Of a stretch of 54,355 nt of DNA, positions 9,961-18,358 are shown in pieces. The notes under the pieces were generated by a model, which had not been told where the DNA came from, did no database searches, and saw nothing but the letters and a program-made list of their open reading frames with translations. Numbering within the stretch: the stretch's first letter is position 1; every line of letters starts with the position of its first letter. The translations under genes and the position numbers were made by a program. The stretch covers positions 1-54,355 of the forward strand of contig CALWPD010000004.1 in assembly GCA_944383335.1 (NCBI GenBank), in the 5' to 3' direction. Origin of the DNA: an uncultured Clostridia bacterium. Lineage in GTDB: Bacteria > Bacillota > Clostridia > Christensenellales > UBA1242.

Positions 9961-10014
9961 AGCAAAAAGGGTTACAGCAAATGTATCAGTGGCTGTAATC
10001 CTTTTTTGCTTTTT
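9961..10014 (+). terminator. Strong (bidirectional-type) terminator after tkt
   Basis: AGCAAAAAGGGTTACAGC...GCTGTAATCCTTTTTTGCT-TTTT. Confidence 0.75.
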
Positions 10015-10084
10015 AGGAAATTTTGATAAAATATTTTGTATTTACAAAAGTATTTGTTATACTAAACTTACATTGGAGGATAAA

Positions 10085-10615
10085 GTGAAAATAGAAATTG
10101 TTGAAAGAAATTATGATGTAGGGGTTAGACTACGTACTTTACTAGAAAAAAAGATTGAAAAATTGAATAGATACTTTCAAGATGCTGCCGTTGCAAGAGT
10201 GGTTTGTGCTAGCGAAGGTAAAAGGTTTAAGCTTGAACTTACAATAATAAACAAAGGAAATATATACAGAAGTGAAACTTATGGTGAAAACATGTATGAA
10301 AATATAGACATAGTTTTACCAAAAATTGAAAGACAGATAATTAAATACTACCAAAAGAATAGAGATAAATTTAAAAAGAGCGCTCTTGATACACAAACAT
10401 TCGAATTCATTGAAGAAGCACCAAAAACAGAAGAAAAATCTATTTATAGGCATAAAGTATTTGACCTTGATCCAATTACAGTTGAGGATGCAAAAGAATA
10501 TCTTGAAAATCTTGAACACGATTTTTATGTGTTTCTTAATGCCGAAACAGGTAAAATCAACATTCTTTACAATAGAAAAGATGGTGATCTTGGTTTAATT
10601 GAGTGTAGATATTAG
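10085..10615 (+). CDS. hpf: Ribosome hibernation promoting factor (long HPF/RaiA)
   Basis: HPF N-domain ('LNRYF','MYENIDIV..KIERQI.K') plus S30AE C-domain ('PITVEDA...LE.L.HDFYVFLNAETG.INILY.RKDG.LGLI'). GGAGG SD before GTG 10085, with its own TTTACA...TATACT promoter. Confidence 0.93.
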   Translation: MKIEIVERNYDVGVRLRTLLEKKIEKLNRYFQDAAVARVVCASEGKRFKLELTIINKGNIYRSETYGENMYENIDIVLPKIERQIIKYYQKNRDKFKKSALDTQTFEFIEEAPKTEEKSIYRHKVFDLDPITVEDAKEYLENLEHDFYVFLNAETGKINILYNRKDGDLGLIECRY

Positions 10616-10664
10616 TTTAAAATATCGTTTATTGTAAATACTCTCTTTGTGGGGAGTATTTTTT

Positions 10665-11165
10665 ATGAAACGTATTTTAAAAACATTTTCATTTCTATTT
10701 TTTGCTCTAGTTTTGCTCTTTGGTGGTTGTGATTTAAACAATAATGCATTAAGCGTGTCATTTCAAGATATTTCACAGATTGGTGCTGATAAATCTCAAA
10801 TCAAAATTAACTATCAAGAAGAAAAAGATTACAAAGGCAAGTTAACAGATATATTGCTTAAATCTAGCCAAGAGCAAACACACTTGACTTTCACTATAGA
10901 ACTAGGAGAAACATATAACTTAAATTTAACGTTAGCAAATACCTACTATAGTTTAACAAAATTAATTTCAGACATAAATCTTAAAAGTGCTGATTTTATT
11001 AATTACGAAGATGCAATTTCAAAAACTTTTATAATTTCATCAAATAAGCCCACAGAACTTACGTTTATTGCTGTTGTGGCAGAGTTAAGTCAGGGTGAGC
11101 AACTTGTAAATTATTTTGAGGTATCAAGACCATTTACAATCAATGTACCCCAAAAAGTTGATTAA
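10665..11165 (+). CDS. Hypothetical lipoprotein
   Basis: MKRILK + hydrophobic stretch + LFGG-C lipobox. GGGGAG SD before ATG 10665. Confidence 0.7.
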   Translation: MKRILKTFSFLFFALVLLFGGCDLNNNALSVSFQDISQIGADKSQIKINYQEEKDYKGKLTDILLKSSQEQTHLTFTIELGETYNLNLTLANTYYSLTKLISDINLKSADFINYEDAISKTFIISSNKPTELTFIAVVAELSQGEQLVNYFEVSRPFTINVPQKVD

Positions 11166-11205
11166 AATGTTTGAAAAAAATCACATATTATTGTAATATA
11201 AATAT

Positions 11206-11850
11206 ATGATTGATGTAAAGAATTTATATTTAAAGTATATTCGTGAGTATTATGCGCTTTTTGATGTAAATTTGCATATTCAAAAAGGTGAAAGTGTGGC
11301 ACTTGTTGGCGATGAAGGTAGTGGAAAGACTACTCTTCTTCGTGTACTTGCTAAACTTGAAAAGTATGATAAAGGTGAAATATATGTTCGAGAAATAAAC
11401 TTAAATAAAGTTGACTATAAGACTGATATTTCGCTTGGTTACATATCTTCAACTCCAGTTTTTTTTGAAAACAAAACAATATATGAAAATCTAAAGTATG
11501 TTTTAAAAAGTAGAAAGGTAAAACCAAAAGATATTGAACAAAAGGTAAATTCGGCAATTATTGAGTTCTCACTTGAAACCTTGCGGAATAAAAAAGCAAA
11601 AGAACTTTCCCTTTATGAGAAATATATTGTTTGTATTGCTAGGCTTTCACTGCGTTCGCTTGACATAGTGCTAATTGACGATATTTTTGAAAACCTAGAC
11701 TCAGAACAACAAAATTTTATAATATCGTTGATAAAAAAAGTATTTGTTGATAATAAAGTTACAACTCTCATTGCTAGCAGTGAAGAAAATTTATTAAAAG
11801 GTGTTTGTAAACGGTTCATCCACTTTAAAAATGGCTCTGTAATAAAATAG
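11206..11850 (+). CDS. Orphan ABC ATP-binding protein (FtsE-like) with degenerate motifs
   Basis: Walker A GDEGSGKT. Signature LSLYE instead of LSGGE/Q, Walker B LIDD, and no H-loop His (IASS). Confidence 0.8.
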   Translation: MIDVKNLYLKYIREYYALFDVNLHIQKGESVALVGDEGSGKTTLLRVLAKLEKYDKGEIYVREINLNKVDYKTDISLGYISSTPVFFENKTIYENLKYVLKSRKVKPKDIEQKVNSAIIEFSLETLRNKKAKELSLYEKYIVCIARLSLRSLDIVLIDDIFENLDSEQQNFIISLIKKVFVDNKVTTLIASSEENLLKGVCKRFIHFKNGSVIK

Positions 11851-11895
11851 AGAGAAATAAAGTAGATGAGATTTTTGCTATAAAATTTTTGATAT

Positions 11896-12138
11896 AAAAA
11901 AATATTCGTATAAAGTTTGACCATACGAGTATTTTTCGAAGGTAATTCTCAGAGCGACGGTTTGTTGAGATCCTTCGTCAGCCGTCAAGTAGAGGCCGTT
12001 CTCAGGATGACAAGAAAGTGCCGTCAGGGAAGTCGTTCTCAGGATGACTTTTTTCGTCGTTCTGAGCGTCAGCGAAGCACCTCAACTACTTCGTCATTCT
12101 GAGACTGGCTTACAAAGCGTCGACCTACGAAGAATCTC
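11896..12138. repeat. Mosaic array A of GTCA/CGTC-type palindromic (REP-like) repeats plus a 40-bp palindrome
   Basis: Units of the form GTCATT/CCTGAG-loop-CGAAGA/GATCTC: minus strand 11927-11958 (degenerate), 11967-12011 and a partial unit ending 12048; plus strand 12056-12083 and 12093-12138. Palindrome at 11896-11936. The same unit types recur at 54094-54355. Confidence 0.85.
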
Positions 12139-12170
12139 AATAAAAGTCGTGAATTTCACCCCCAAAGTCA

Positions 12171-12227
12171 AAAAAATTACAAATTTTTTAAAAAATTTTG
12201 TTAAAACGCTTGGCAAGACTAGGGGGG
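12171..12227 (+). repeat. Degenerate copy of the poly-G promoter module at 30641-30708
   Basis: 50/59 identical by hand alignment to 30641-30699 (...TTGTTAAAACGCTTGGCAAGACTAGGGGGG vs ...TTGTTAAAATACTTGACAAGACTAGGGGGG). Confidence 0.85.
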
Positions 12228-12304
12228 CAAAAAGCGTGCGTTTGTTTATATCCTACTCACACTTAATATAATTTATGAATAATATAATTTGTTGAGGAGG
12301 ATAG

Positions 12305-13321
12305 ATGAAAAAATTTAGTATTTTACTGATTGCATTGCTTTTATGTGTAACTGCAACACTATATGCGTGTGGTGATCCAAAAAATGATGAATATGTAACA
12401 CTTCGTGTAAATGAAGTAACTCACAGCATATTTTATGCCCCATTATATGTAGCGATTAACAATGGCTACTTTGAACAAGAAGGCTTAAAGATAGAATTAT
12501 CTAATGGCGGTGGTGCAGACAAATCAATGACTGCAATACTTTCAGGTGATGCAGATATTGGACTAATGGGTCCAGAAGCGGCTATATATGTAACAGAAGG
12601 TGGTGCAAATGACAAACCTGTGGTGTTTGGACAGCTGACAAAGAGAGATGGTTCATTTATTGTTTCTAAAACTGCAATTCATGATTTTACAGTTGCTGAC
12701 CTTGTGGGAAAGGAGATCATTGGCGGAAGAAAAGGTGGAGTGCCTGCCATGACACTTGAATATGTTATTAAAGAGGTTGGCTACACAGTTGGAACTGGTG
12801 GAAATCAGGTAAACTTAAGGACTGATGTGGCCTTTGATTTGACAGCCAGTGTATTTGATTCAACAGATGCAGATTTTTGTACGCTTTTTGAACCAACCGC
12901 AAGTGAACTTTGTGCAGAGCGTGGGTATCACATAGTTGCATCAGTGGGCGAGGTTAGCGGAGAAGTGCCATACACTGCTTTTATGGCAAAAAGAGGCTAC
13001 ATTAACGATAATCCATTGACAGTTGAAAGGTTTTTGAGAGCAGTTTATCGTGGATATAGATTTTTACTCACAGCGGATGTTGATGACATTGCCGAAAGTT
13101 TAAAGCCATCATTTGAGGGAGTGTCTGAAGCAAGCATAATAACTTCAATTCAAAGTTATATTAATTGTGATGCGTGGGTTAATAGTCCTGCAATGACCGA
13201 AACAGCTTTTGATAGACTTCAAGACATTATGATTTCTGCTGGAGAACTGGATCAAAAGGTAGAATTTTCAAGTGTTGTTGATAACACTATTGCCAATAGA
13301 GTTTATGCATATTTTGCATAA
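12305..13321 (+). CDS. NitT/TauT (SsuA/THI5-like) ABC transporter substrate-binding lipoprotein
   Basis: Lipobox LYAC and 'EVTHSIFYAPLYVA...GYF..EGL.IEL..GGGADK'. Confidence 0.9.
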   Translation: MKKFSILLIALLLCVTATLYACGDPKNDEYVTLRVNEVTHSIFYAPLYVAINNGYFEQEGLKIELSNGGGADKSMTAILSGDADIGLMGPEAAIYVTEGGANDKPVVFGQLTKRDGSFIVSKTAIHDFTVADLVGKEIIGGRKGGVPAMTLEYVIKEVGYTVGTGGNQVNLRTDVAFDLTASVFDSTDADFCTLFEPTASELCAERGYHIVASVGEVSGEVPYTAFMAKRGYINDNPLTVERFLRAVYRGYRFLLTADVDDIAESLKPSFEGVSEASIITSIQSYINCDAWVNSPAMTETAFDRLQDIMISAGELDQKVEFSSVVDNTIANRVYAYFA

Positions 13322-13334
13322 GAAAAAAATTTTT

Positions 13335-13363
13335 AACACTCGCATATTTTTGCGAGTGTTTTT
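13335..13363 (+). terminator. Intrinsic terminator/stabilising hairpin after the SBP gene
   Basis: AACACTCGCA-TATTTT-TGCGAGTGTT-TTT. Confidence 0.7.
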
Positions 13364-13424
13364 GTATATGTTTTTAACATTTTTTGGATAATTCAAGTAC
13401 AATGATTTGAGGAGGTGAAAATAA

Positions 13425-14189
13425 TTGGAAAATTATTTACAATTAAAAGATATTTCACTTTCATATCACACAAAAGAAGGTGAGGTACTTGCACTATGTG
13501 GCATAAATTTTAACGTGGAAAAAAATGAGTTTGTGAGTATTGTGGGACCAAGTGGCTGTGGAAAGACAACTATACTTTCACTGATTGCTGGGCTTTTAAA
13601 ATCCACCAAAGGTGAGGTTTTGCTTGATGGAGAAAAAATCTCCAAAGATACAAACATAGGATACATGTTTCAAAGGGATAATTTGTTTCCATGGCGAACG
13701 ATATATAAAAATGTGTGTATAGGTCTTGAAATAAAGCATAAAAAAAAGGATCAACAAAGTTTACAACATGTTGAAGACCTTTTAAAAAAATATGGTCTAT
13801 ATGAGTTTAGAAATAGTTATCCAAGTCAACTGTCAGGAGGCATGCGTCAGCGTGCAGCGCTTATTCGTACGCTTTGTTTAAAACCCAAAATTTTGCTTTT
13901 AGATGAACCTTTTTCGGCACTTGATTACCAAACAAAACTCAGCGTTTGTGATGATGTTCATTCCATAATTACGAAAGAAAAACAAACGGCAATTTTGGTT
14001 ACGCACGACATATCTGAAGCCATTTCAGTTTCTGATAGGGTAATTGTGCTTTCCAAAAGGCCAGCCAAAGTAAAAAGTATACAAACGATAGATTTGAAAA
14101 ACATAGAATCGCCATTAAAAAGGCGTGAAAGTCCAAAATTTTCAAAGTATTTTGATTTAATTTACAGGGAGCTTGGCAGTGAAAAATAA
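13425..14189 (+). CDS. NitT/TauT ABC transporter ATP-binding protein
   Basis: GPSGCGKT, LSGGMRQR, LLDEPFSALD, VTHD. Confidence 0.93.
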   Translation: MENYLQLKDISLSYHTKEGEVLALCGINFNVEKNEFVSIVGPSGCGKTTILSLIAGLLKSTKGEVLLDGEKISKDTNIGYMFQRDNLFPWRTIYKNVCIGLEIKHKKKDQQSLQHVEDLLKKYGLYEFRNSYPSQLSGGMRQRAALIRTLCLKPKILLLDEPFSALDYQTKLSVCDDVHSIITKEKQTAILVTHDISEAISVSDRVIVLSKRPAKVKSIQTIDLKNIESPLKRRESPKFSKYFDLIYRELGSEK

Positions 14190-14997
14190 GAAAAAAATCA
14201 TTAACTATTCTAAAGAACATCAAAAATATTTAAAGAAAATTAAAGTTGATAAATTCACAACATTGATTTCACAAGTTTTGTTACTTGTTGCTATTGTTGG
14301 ACTTTGGGAACTCTTAACACACTTGAAAGTTTTGGATGCATTCTTTTTGAGTTCTCCTTCAAGGATGATTAGTGAACTTATAGATCTATTTAAAAGTGGT
14401 ACACTGTTTTATCATATAGGAATAACTCTTTATGAAACATTAATTGGTTTTGCTATCGCCACAATACTTGGAACTCTTATTGCCATAATTCTTTGGTGGA
14501 GTAGAAAACTAAGAAAGATTTTAGAACCATATATCGTAATTTTAAATGCACTGCCTAAAATAGCGCTTGGTCCAGTTATTATAATTTGGGTTGGAGCGGG
14601 CACTTCAGCAATAATAACTATGTGTATTTTAATATGTGTAGTCATTACAACATTATCAATGCTTTCTGCATTTTTAGAATGCGATGAGGATAAAATTGCA
14701 CTTTTGCGGTCTATGGGAGCAAACAAATTTCAGATACTCATAAAACTTGTTATTCCAAATGCTTTAACAGAATTCGTTTCAGTGCTAAAAATAAATGTTG
14801 GTATGAGTTGGGTTGGAACAATAATGGGTGAATACTTAGTTAGCAAGGCGGGACTTGGTTACTTAATTGTTTATGGTGGACAGGTTTTTCAACTCGATTT
14901 AGTAATGGCAAGCACGCTAGTACTTTGTATTCTTGCTTGCATCATGTATCTTTTTGTTGGTATTTTGGAAAAAAAGGTTAGGAAACATAAGGAATAA
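14173..14997 (+). CDS. NitT/TauT ABC transporter permease
   Basis: Multiple TMs, 'LNALPKIALGP', EAA-like loop 'LLRSMGANKFQ', 'GLGYLI'. Confidence 0.9.
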   Translation: MAVKNKKKIINYSKEHQKYLKKIKVDKFTTLISQVLLLVAIVGLWELLTHLKVLDAFFLSSPSRMISELIDLFKSGTLFYHIGITLYETLIGFAIATILGTLIAIILWWSRKLRKILEPYIVILNALPKIALGPVIIIWVGAGTSAIITMCILICVVITTLSMLSAFLECDEDKIALLRSMGANKFQILIKLVIPNALTEFVSVLKINVGMSWVGTIMGEYLVSKAGLGYLIVYGGQVFQLDLVMASTLVLCILACIMYLFVGILEKKVRKHKE

Positions 14998-15948
14998 GAT
15001 AAGATAAGCACCAAATATACCAATAACAGGATAAAAGTATTTTATTAAAAAATCAAACTTAACAAAAGAACATACGGCACATAAAACAACTGTAAAAATA
15101 GAATTTAAAATTTTATATTTAAAATTAAAAAATGATTTTACAGTAATAGTTGTGCTTATGAGTGTCGTTATTATTGCAAACTCAATTAAAACTGCATATA
15201 GTATATAAAGCAAATTATGACTTTGAGCGAGCGACAGCATTGGTATGCTGTCGCTTATTGTTTCTGGATTAGATAACCCAGCAAAAATCATAACCGTCAT
15301 TATCACACATAAAATGACAGATGTCCAAAAACTTATTTGTTTACATTGTTTATCTGTTAGTCTAAATGCAGATGATGATATAACAAAATAACTTAAAAAT
15401 ACATTTCTTGTTACATATGTAATGGAATTGTAGGGCAGAAGGATAATGTTAGAAAGGATAGTGTTATGAAGTCCATCAAAGTTAGAGAAACAAATTATGC
15501 AAATAATAATAATGGTAATTGGAATTGTAATCATACAAATAATATTTAAATATTTTAAATTTTTATTAATTAAAAAAAACAAAGAAAAAATAACTATAAT
15601 TATAAATAATATTTCATAAAAAACTGAGGAGATTTCGAGAGACTCTCTTAATCCACTAATCATAGTGGAAGAGATTATAACAAATGAGATAAATGTAAAA
15701 AATTTTATTAATTTATTATTTTTTTTAAATATTATATAATTTAATTGATTAGTATTTTTTATATCGTTTTTTGCACCTATTATTAAAAGTTTGTATATGC
15801 AAAAATAAAATCCAAAAAAAATAATAGGCAAACTCAAGAATGAATAATAGCCAAATATTGTGAAAAATGTTGTAATTTCTTTGCCACTCGCAAAGCCTGC
15901 TCCAATAATTGTCCCTAAAATTAAGAGTGTAATTTTTAAGCATCTCAT
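14917..15948 (-). CDS. YkvI-family membrane protein
   Basis: N-terminal 'GTIIGAGFASGKEI..FF..FG' and C-terminal 'F..LI..FYP.IG..G' signatures. Confidence 0.8.
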   Translation of the reverse strand: MRCLKITLLILGTIIGAGFASGKEITTFFTIFGYYSFLSLPIIFFGFYFCIYKLLIIGAKNDIKNTNQLNYIIFKKNNKLIKFFTFISFVIISSTMISGLRESLEISSVFYEILFIIIVIFSLFFLINKNLKYLNIICMITIPITIIIICIICFSNFDGLHNTILSNIILLPYNSITYVTRNVFLSYFVISSSAFRLTDKQCKQISFWTSVILCVIMTVMIFAGLSNPETISDSIPMLSLAQSHNLLYILYAVLIEFAIITTLISTTITVKSFFNFKYKILNSIFTVVLCAVCSFVKFDFLIKYFYPVIGIFGAYLILFLMFPNLFFQNTNKKIHDASKNTKY

Positions 15949-16014
15949 AGAATATATTTATTTATTAAAAGTAAAAATTATAATAAAAAAGTATAATTAA
16001 TATAAAATAATAAT

Positions 16015-16623
16015 ATGAATTCAAAAGTAGTGAGCATATTTTTATTAATTATACTGTTTGCATTTTGTTTTTCAAGTGTTATACCTTATCCAAATTTTGT
16101 CAATGACAATTTCTTGCTTGCAAAGGACCAACAGACCATAAATGACAAATATGAAAAAGAAGAGCATATTGTCGAAGATAATTCTGCCGAAGTTGAAGTT
16201 CTTTCATATGATTGGTTTGATTTTATGGATGAACATTTCACAAAATATGAAACGGTTAGAGTTATTGATATTTGGAGTGAAACGGAATATTATGTTCAGC
16301 GTTTTGGTGGGTACAATCATGCAGATGTTCAAACAATAGATGTTGAAAATACAGAAATATTCAAGAAAATTTATGGAGGTGAATGGTCATGGGCACGCAG
16401 ACCTGTTTGGGTTGAAATAGATGGACAATTTTTTGCAGGTTCAACTAATGGTATGCCGCACGGGTTTTCAATTTTGGACAATGGAGAAGGTGGGCATACA
16501 TGCATACATTTTTTAAATAGCAAAACGCATGGTACAAAAAGGGTTGATGAAAAACATCAAGAATGTGTTAGTATCGCATCACAAAATAAGGCACTCTTAA
16601 ATGAGTACCTTTTTAAAAAATAA
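16015..16623 (+). CDS. Secreted protein with a clostridial cell-wall-associated domain (possibly L,D-transpeptidase-like)
   Basis: Signal peptide, then 'GGYNHADV...IYGGEWSWARRPV...GSTNGMPH...GHTCIHF.NSKTH' with a His/Cys pair. Confidence 0.6.
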   Translation: MNSKVVSIFLLIILFAFCFSSVIPYPNFVNDNFLLAKDQQTINDKYEKEEHIVEDNSAEVEVLSYDWFDFMDEHFTKYETVRVIDIWSETEYYVQRFGGYNHADVQTIDVENTEIFKKIYGGEWSWARRPVWVEIDGQFFAGSTNGMPHGFSILDNGEGGHTCIHFLNSKTHGTKRVDEKHQECVSIASQNKALLNEYLFKK

Positions 16624-16625
16624 CT

Positions 16626-18350
16626 TTAGGTTATATCTCGTCTTTTAAATATTAGATGCGATAATGCATTAAATACTACAATCATAAGCCCAAGAACAAT
16701 GGCACTTGTCAAGAAATTGCTGTCAGGCAAAATATTCATACTTAACATTCCAAGTTTGGAATTACCAAAGTATTTGAATAAATCAAAGTGTCCAAAAGGG
16801 GTATATTTTAACCAAGCACCACCTATAAGACCATTTAAGACCACTTGTGTGGCGTATATAATTGTTGTCAAGAAAACTGATAATGTATTGGACTTAAATA
16901 ACAAGCATATAAGCATTGAAAGTGATATATAAAATAATAAATTGACGACAAGTGAAAACAAGTATAATATTAAAAGTAGAGCAGGGTGTATTGAAATAAC
17001 CGAAGAAGCATTAAACACAACAAGACATTGTGTTGTTGGCAAGCCATACATTACACTCCCAACGACAAATGAAGCAATAGTGGATATTATCGTAAGCATT
17101 ATACCAAACATCAAACAAGATAGAAATTTACCAGAAAAAAGTTTATTTCTTGTGTAAGGTCTAATTGCAATCATTTTCATAGTTCCACTAGATTGGTCGC
17201 CCGCTATGCTACTGCAAGCATAAAATATCGTAAACACTATAATTAATACACTTAGAATTTGCATAGAGTAAACTGTGTAATCATATGCATTACTTGTTGC
17301 ACCGGAAGCGACATTAAAGTTGAATGATGTAAGATAGTTGTATTCAAAATCATTGTTTTCAAGTAAATAATCGTATATTTTATTTTTTTCGTTTAAAGCA
17401 TACTTTGAAACTTCGTTATAACCAATAAGGTTTTTAAGTTCTGTATCAGATTTATCACCAATTCTAAGTAGCATAAATTTATTTTCAAGTAAAGTCATAT
17501 TCATTTGTGCATAAGAATTGTACTGTGCAATGTATTCGTTGATTTGCGAAATATCATCTTCGTCTGTGCTTTGATATATATCGTTGTCAGCAATAAAGTC
17601 CTCAATTTGTTTGTTATAAACATCATTTAAAGTTTGTTTTGCGTTAGTATAATAAGTTTGTATAAGTTCATTATATGTGTCTATATCGATTGACAATTTT
17701 TCCAAATTTGAAACAATTTGCCTAGATGAAGGTATTGTATAGTTTTGCCTTATTGTATTTGCTAGATTAATAAAATAAGAAGGAGTGTTTGATGCATTTG
17801 AATTTTGGGGTATCACATCATACAGCTTTTCAATTTCATTGAAAATTGTATTGTATTCTGAAATTGTAAAATAGAAATTGAGCGTTTCGCCTTTTAATGT
17901 TGCGAGATAACTCATAAGGTCAGAACACATTTGTTTTAATTCATTAAATGTTGCAACAAATGATGCCATTCCGCCCGTTGAAGCGGATATTTGGTCCTCT
18001 TTAAGATCGTTTGTAATGCAAGAATAAATAGCATAAACTCTATCTTGAAGGTTTTTTAGTTTATCATCTTTTGCAATACTATCAAATTGGTCTTCTATTT
18101 GCTTAAAGAGCGTCTCAAAAGAGTTGTCTATGCTAGATTTATTTATTGAATTGGCAGAGCTTTTGAATTGTTGGTATACAGCACTCACACTTTGGCCAGA
18201 ATATGAGAGTTTTATAGTGTTTTGCGTAGGAGAGTAAAGTAGGTTAGTAAGTATCAAAATGATGATCAAAAGGGCCGTCAAAATAAATATAGATGGCCTA
18301 TAAAAAATTTTATTTAATTCTGCTTTGGCAAGCCTAAAAATTTTACTCAT
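16626..18350 (-). CDS. ABC-2 type exporter permease with a large extracellular domain
   Basis: 'AELNKIF.RPS' start and one TM, then a ~310-aa loop, then 'SIAGDQSSGTMKMIAIRPYTRNKLFSGK', further TMs and the 'FKRRDI' end. Confidence 0.88.
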   Translation of the reverse strand: MSKIFRLAKAELNKIFYRPSIFILTALLIIILILTNLLYSPTQNTIKLSYSGQSVSAVYQQFKSSANSINKSSIDNSFETLFKQIEDQFDSIAKDDKLKNLQDRVYAIYSCITNDLKEDQISASTGGMASFVATFNELKQMCSDLMSYLATLKGETLNFYFTISEYNTIFNEIEKLYDVIPQNSNASNTPSYFINLANTIRQNYTIPSSRQIVSNLEKLSIDIDTYNELIQTYYTNAKQTLNDVYNKQIEDFIADNDIYQSTDEDDISQINEYIAQYNSYAQMNMTLLENKFMLLRIGDKSDTELKNLIGYNEVSKYALNEKNKIYDYLLENNDFEYNYLTSFNFNVASGATSNAYDYTVYSMQILSVLIIVFTIFYACSSIAGDQSSGTMKMIAIRPYTRNKLFSGKFLSCLMFGIMLTIISTIASFVVGSVMYGLPTTQCLVVFNASSVISIHPALLLILYLFSLVVNLLFYISLSMLICLLFKSNTLSVFLTTIIYATQVVLNGLIGGAWLKYTPFGHFDLFKYFGNSKLGMLSMNILPDSNFLTSAIVLGLMIVVFNALSHLIFKRRDIT

Positions 18351-18358
18351 ATCTTCTC

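Noticed and set aside
9890-10084. raiA-motif RNA or a known riboswitch upstream of hpf
   Set aside because: I could not match conserved raiA, c-di-GMP or other aptamer cores by eye and the structured part is short. It is kept only as an unassigned sRNA candidate.
11974-11980. TTCGTCA (0A-box match) inside the REP units, also at 12090 and 54136
   Set aside because: It arises from the repeat arm (...CTTCG + TCA) and occurs singly, so it is probably coincidental.
11917-12271. Track ORFs 11917-12102 and 12044-12271
   Set aside because: They translate the palindromic repeat array and promoter remnant. They have no SD and no protein-like motifs.
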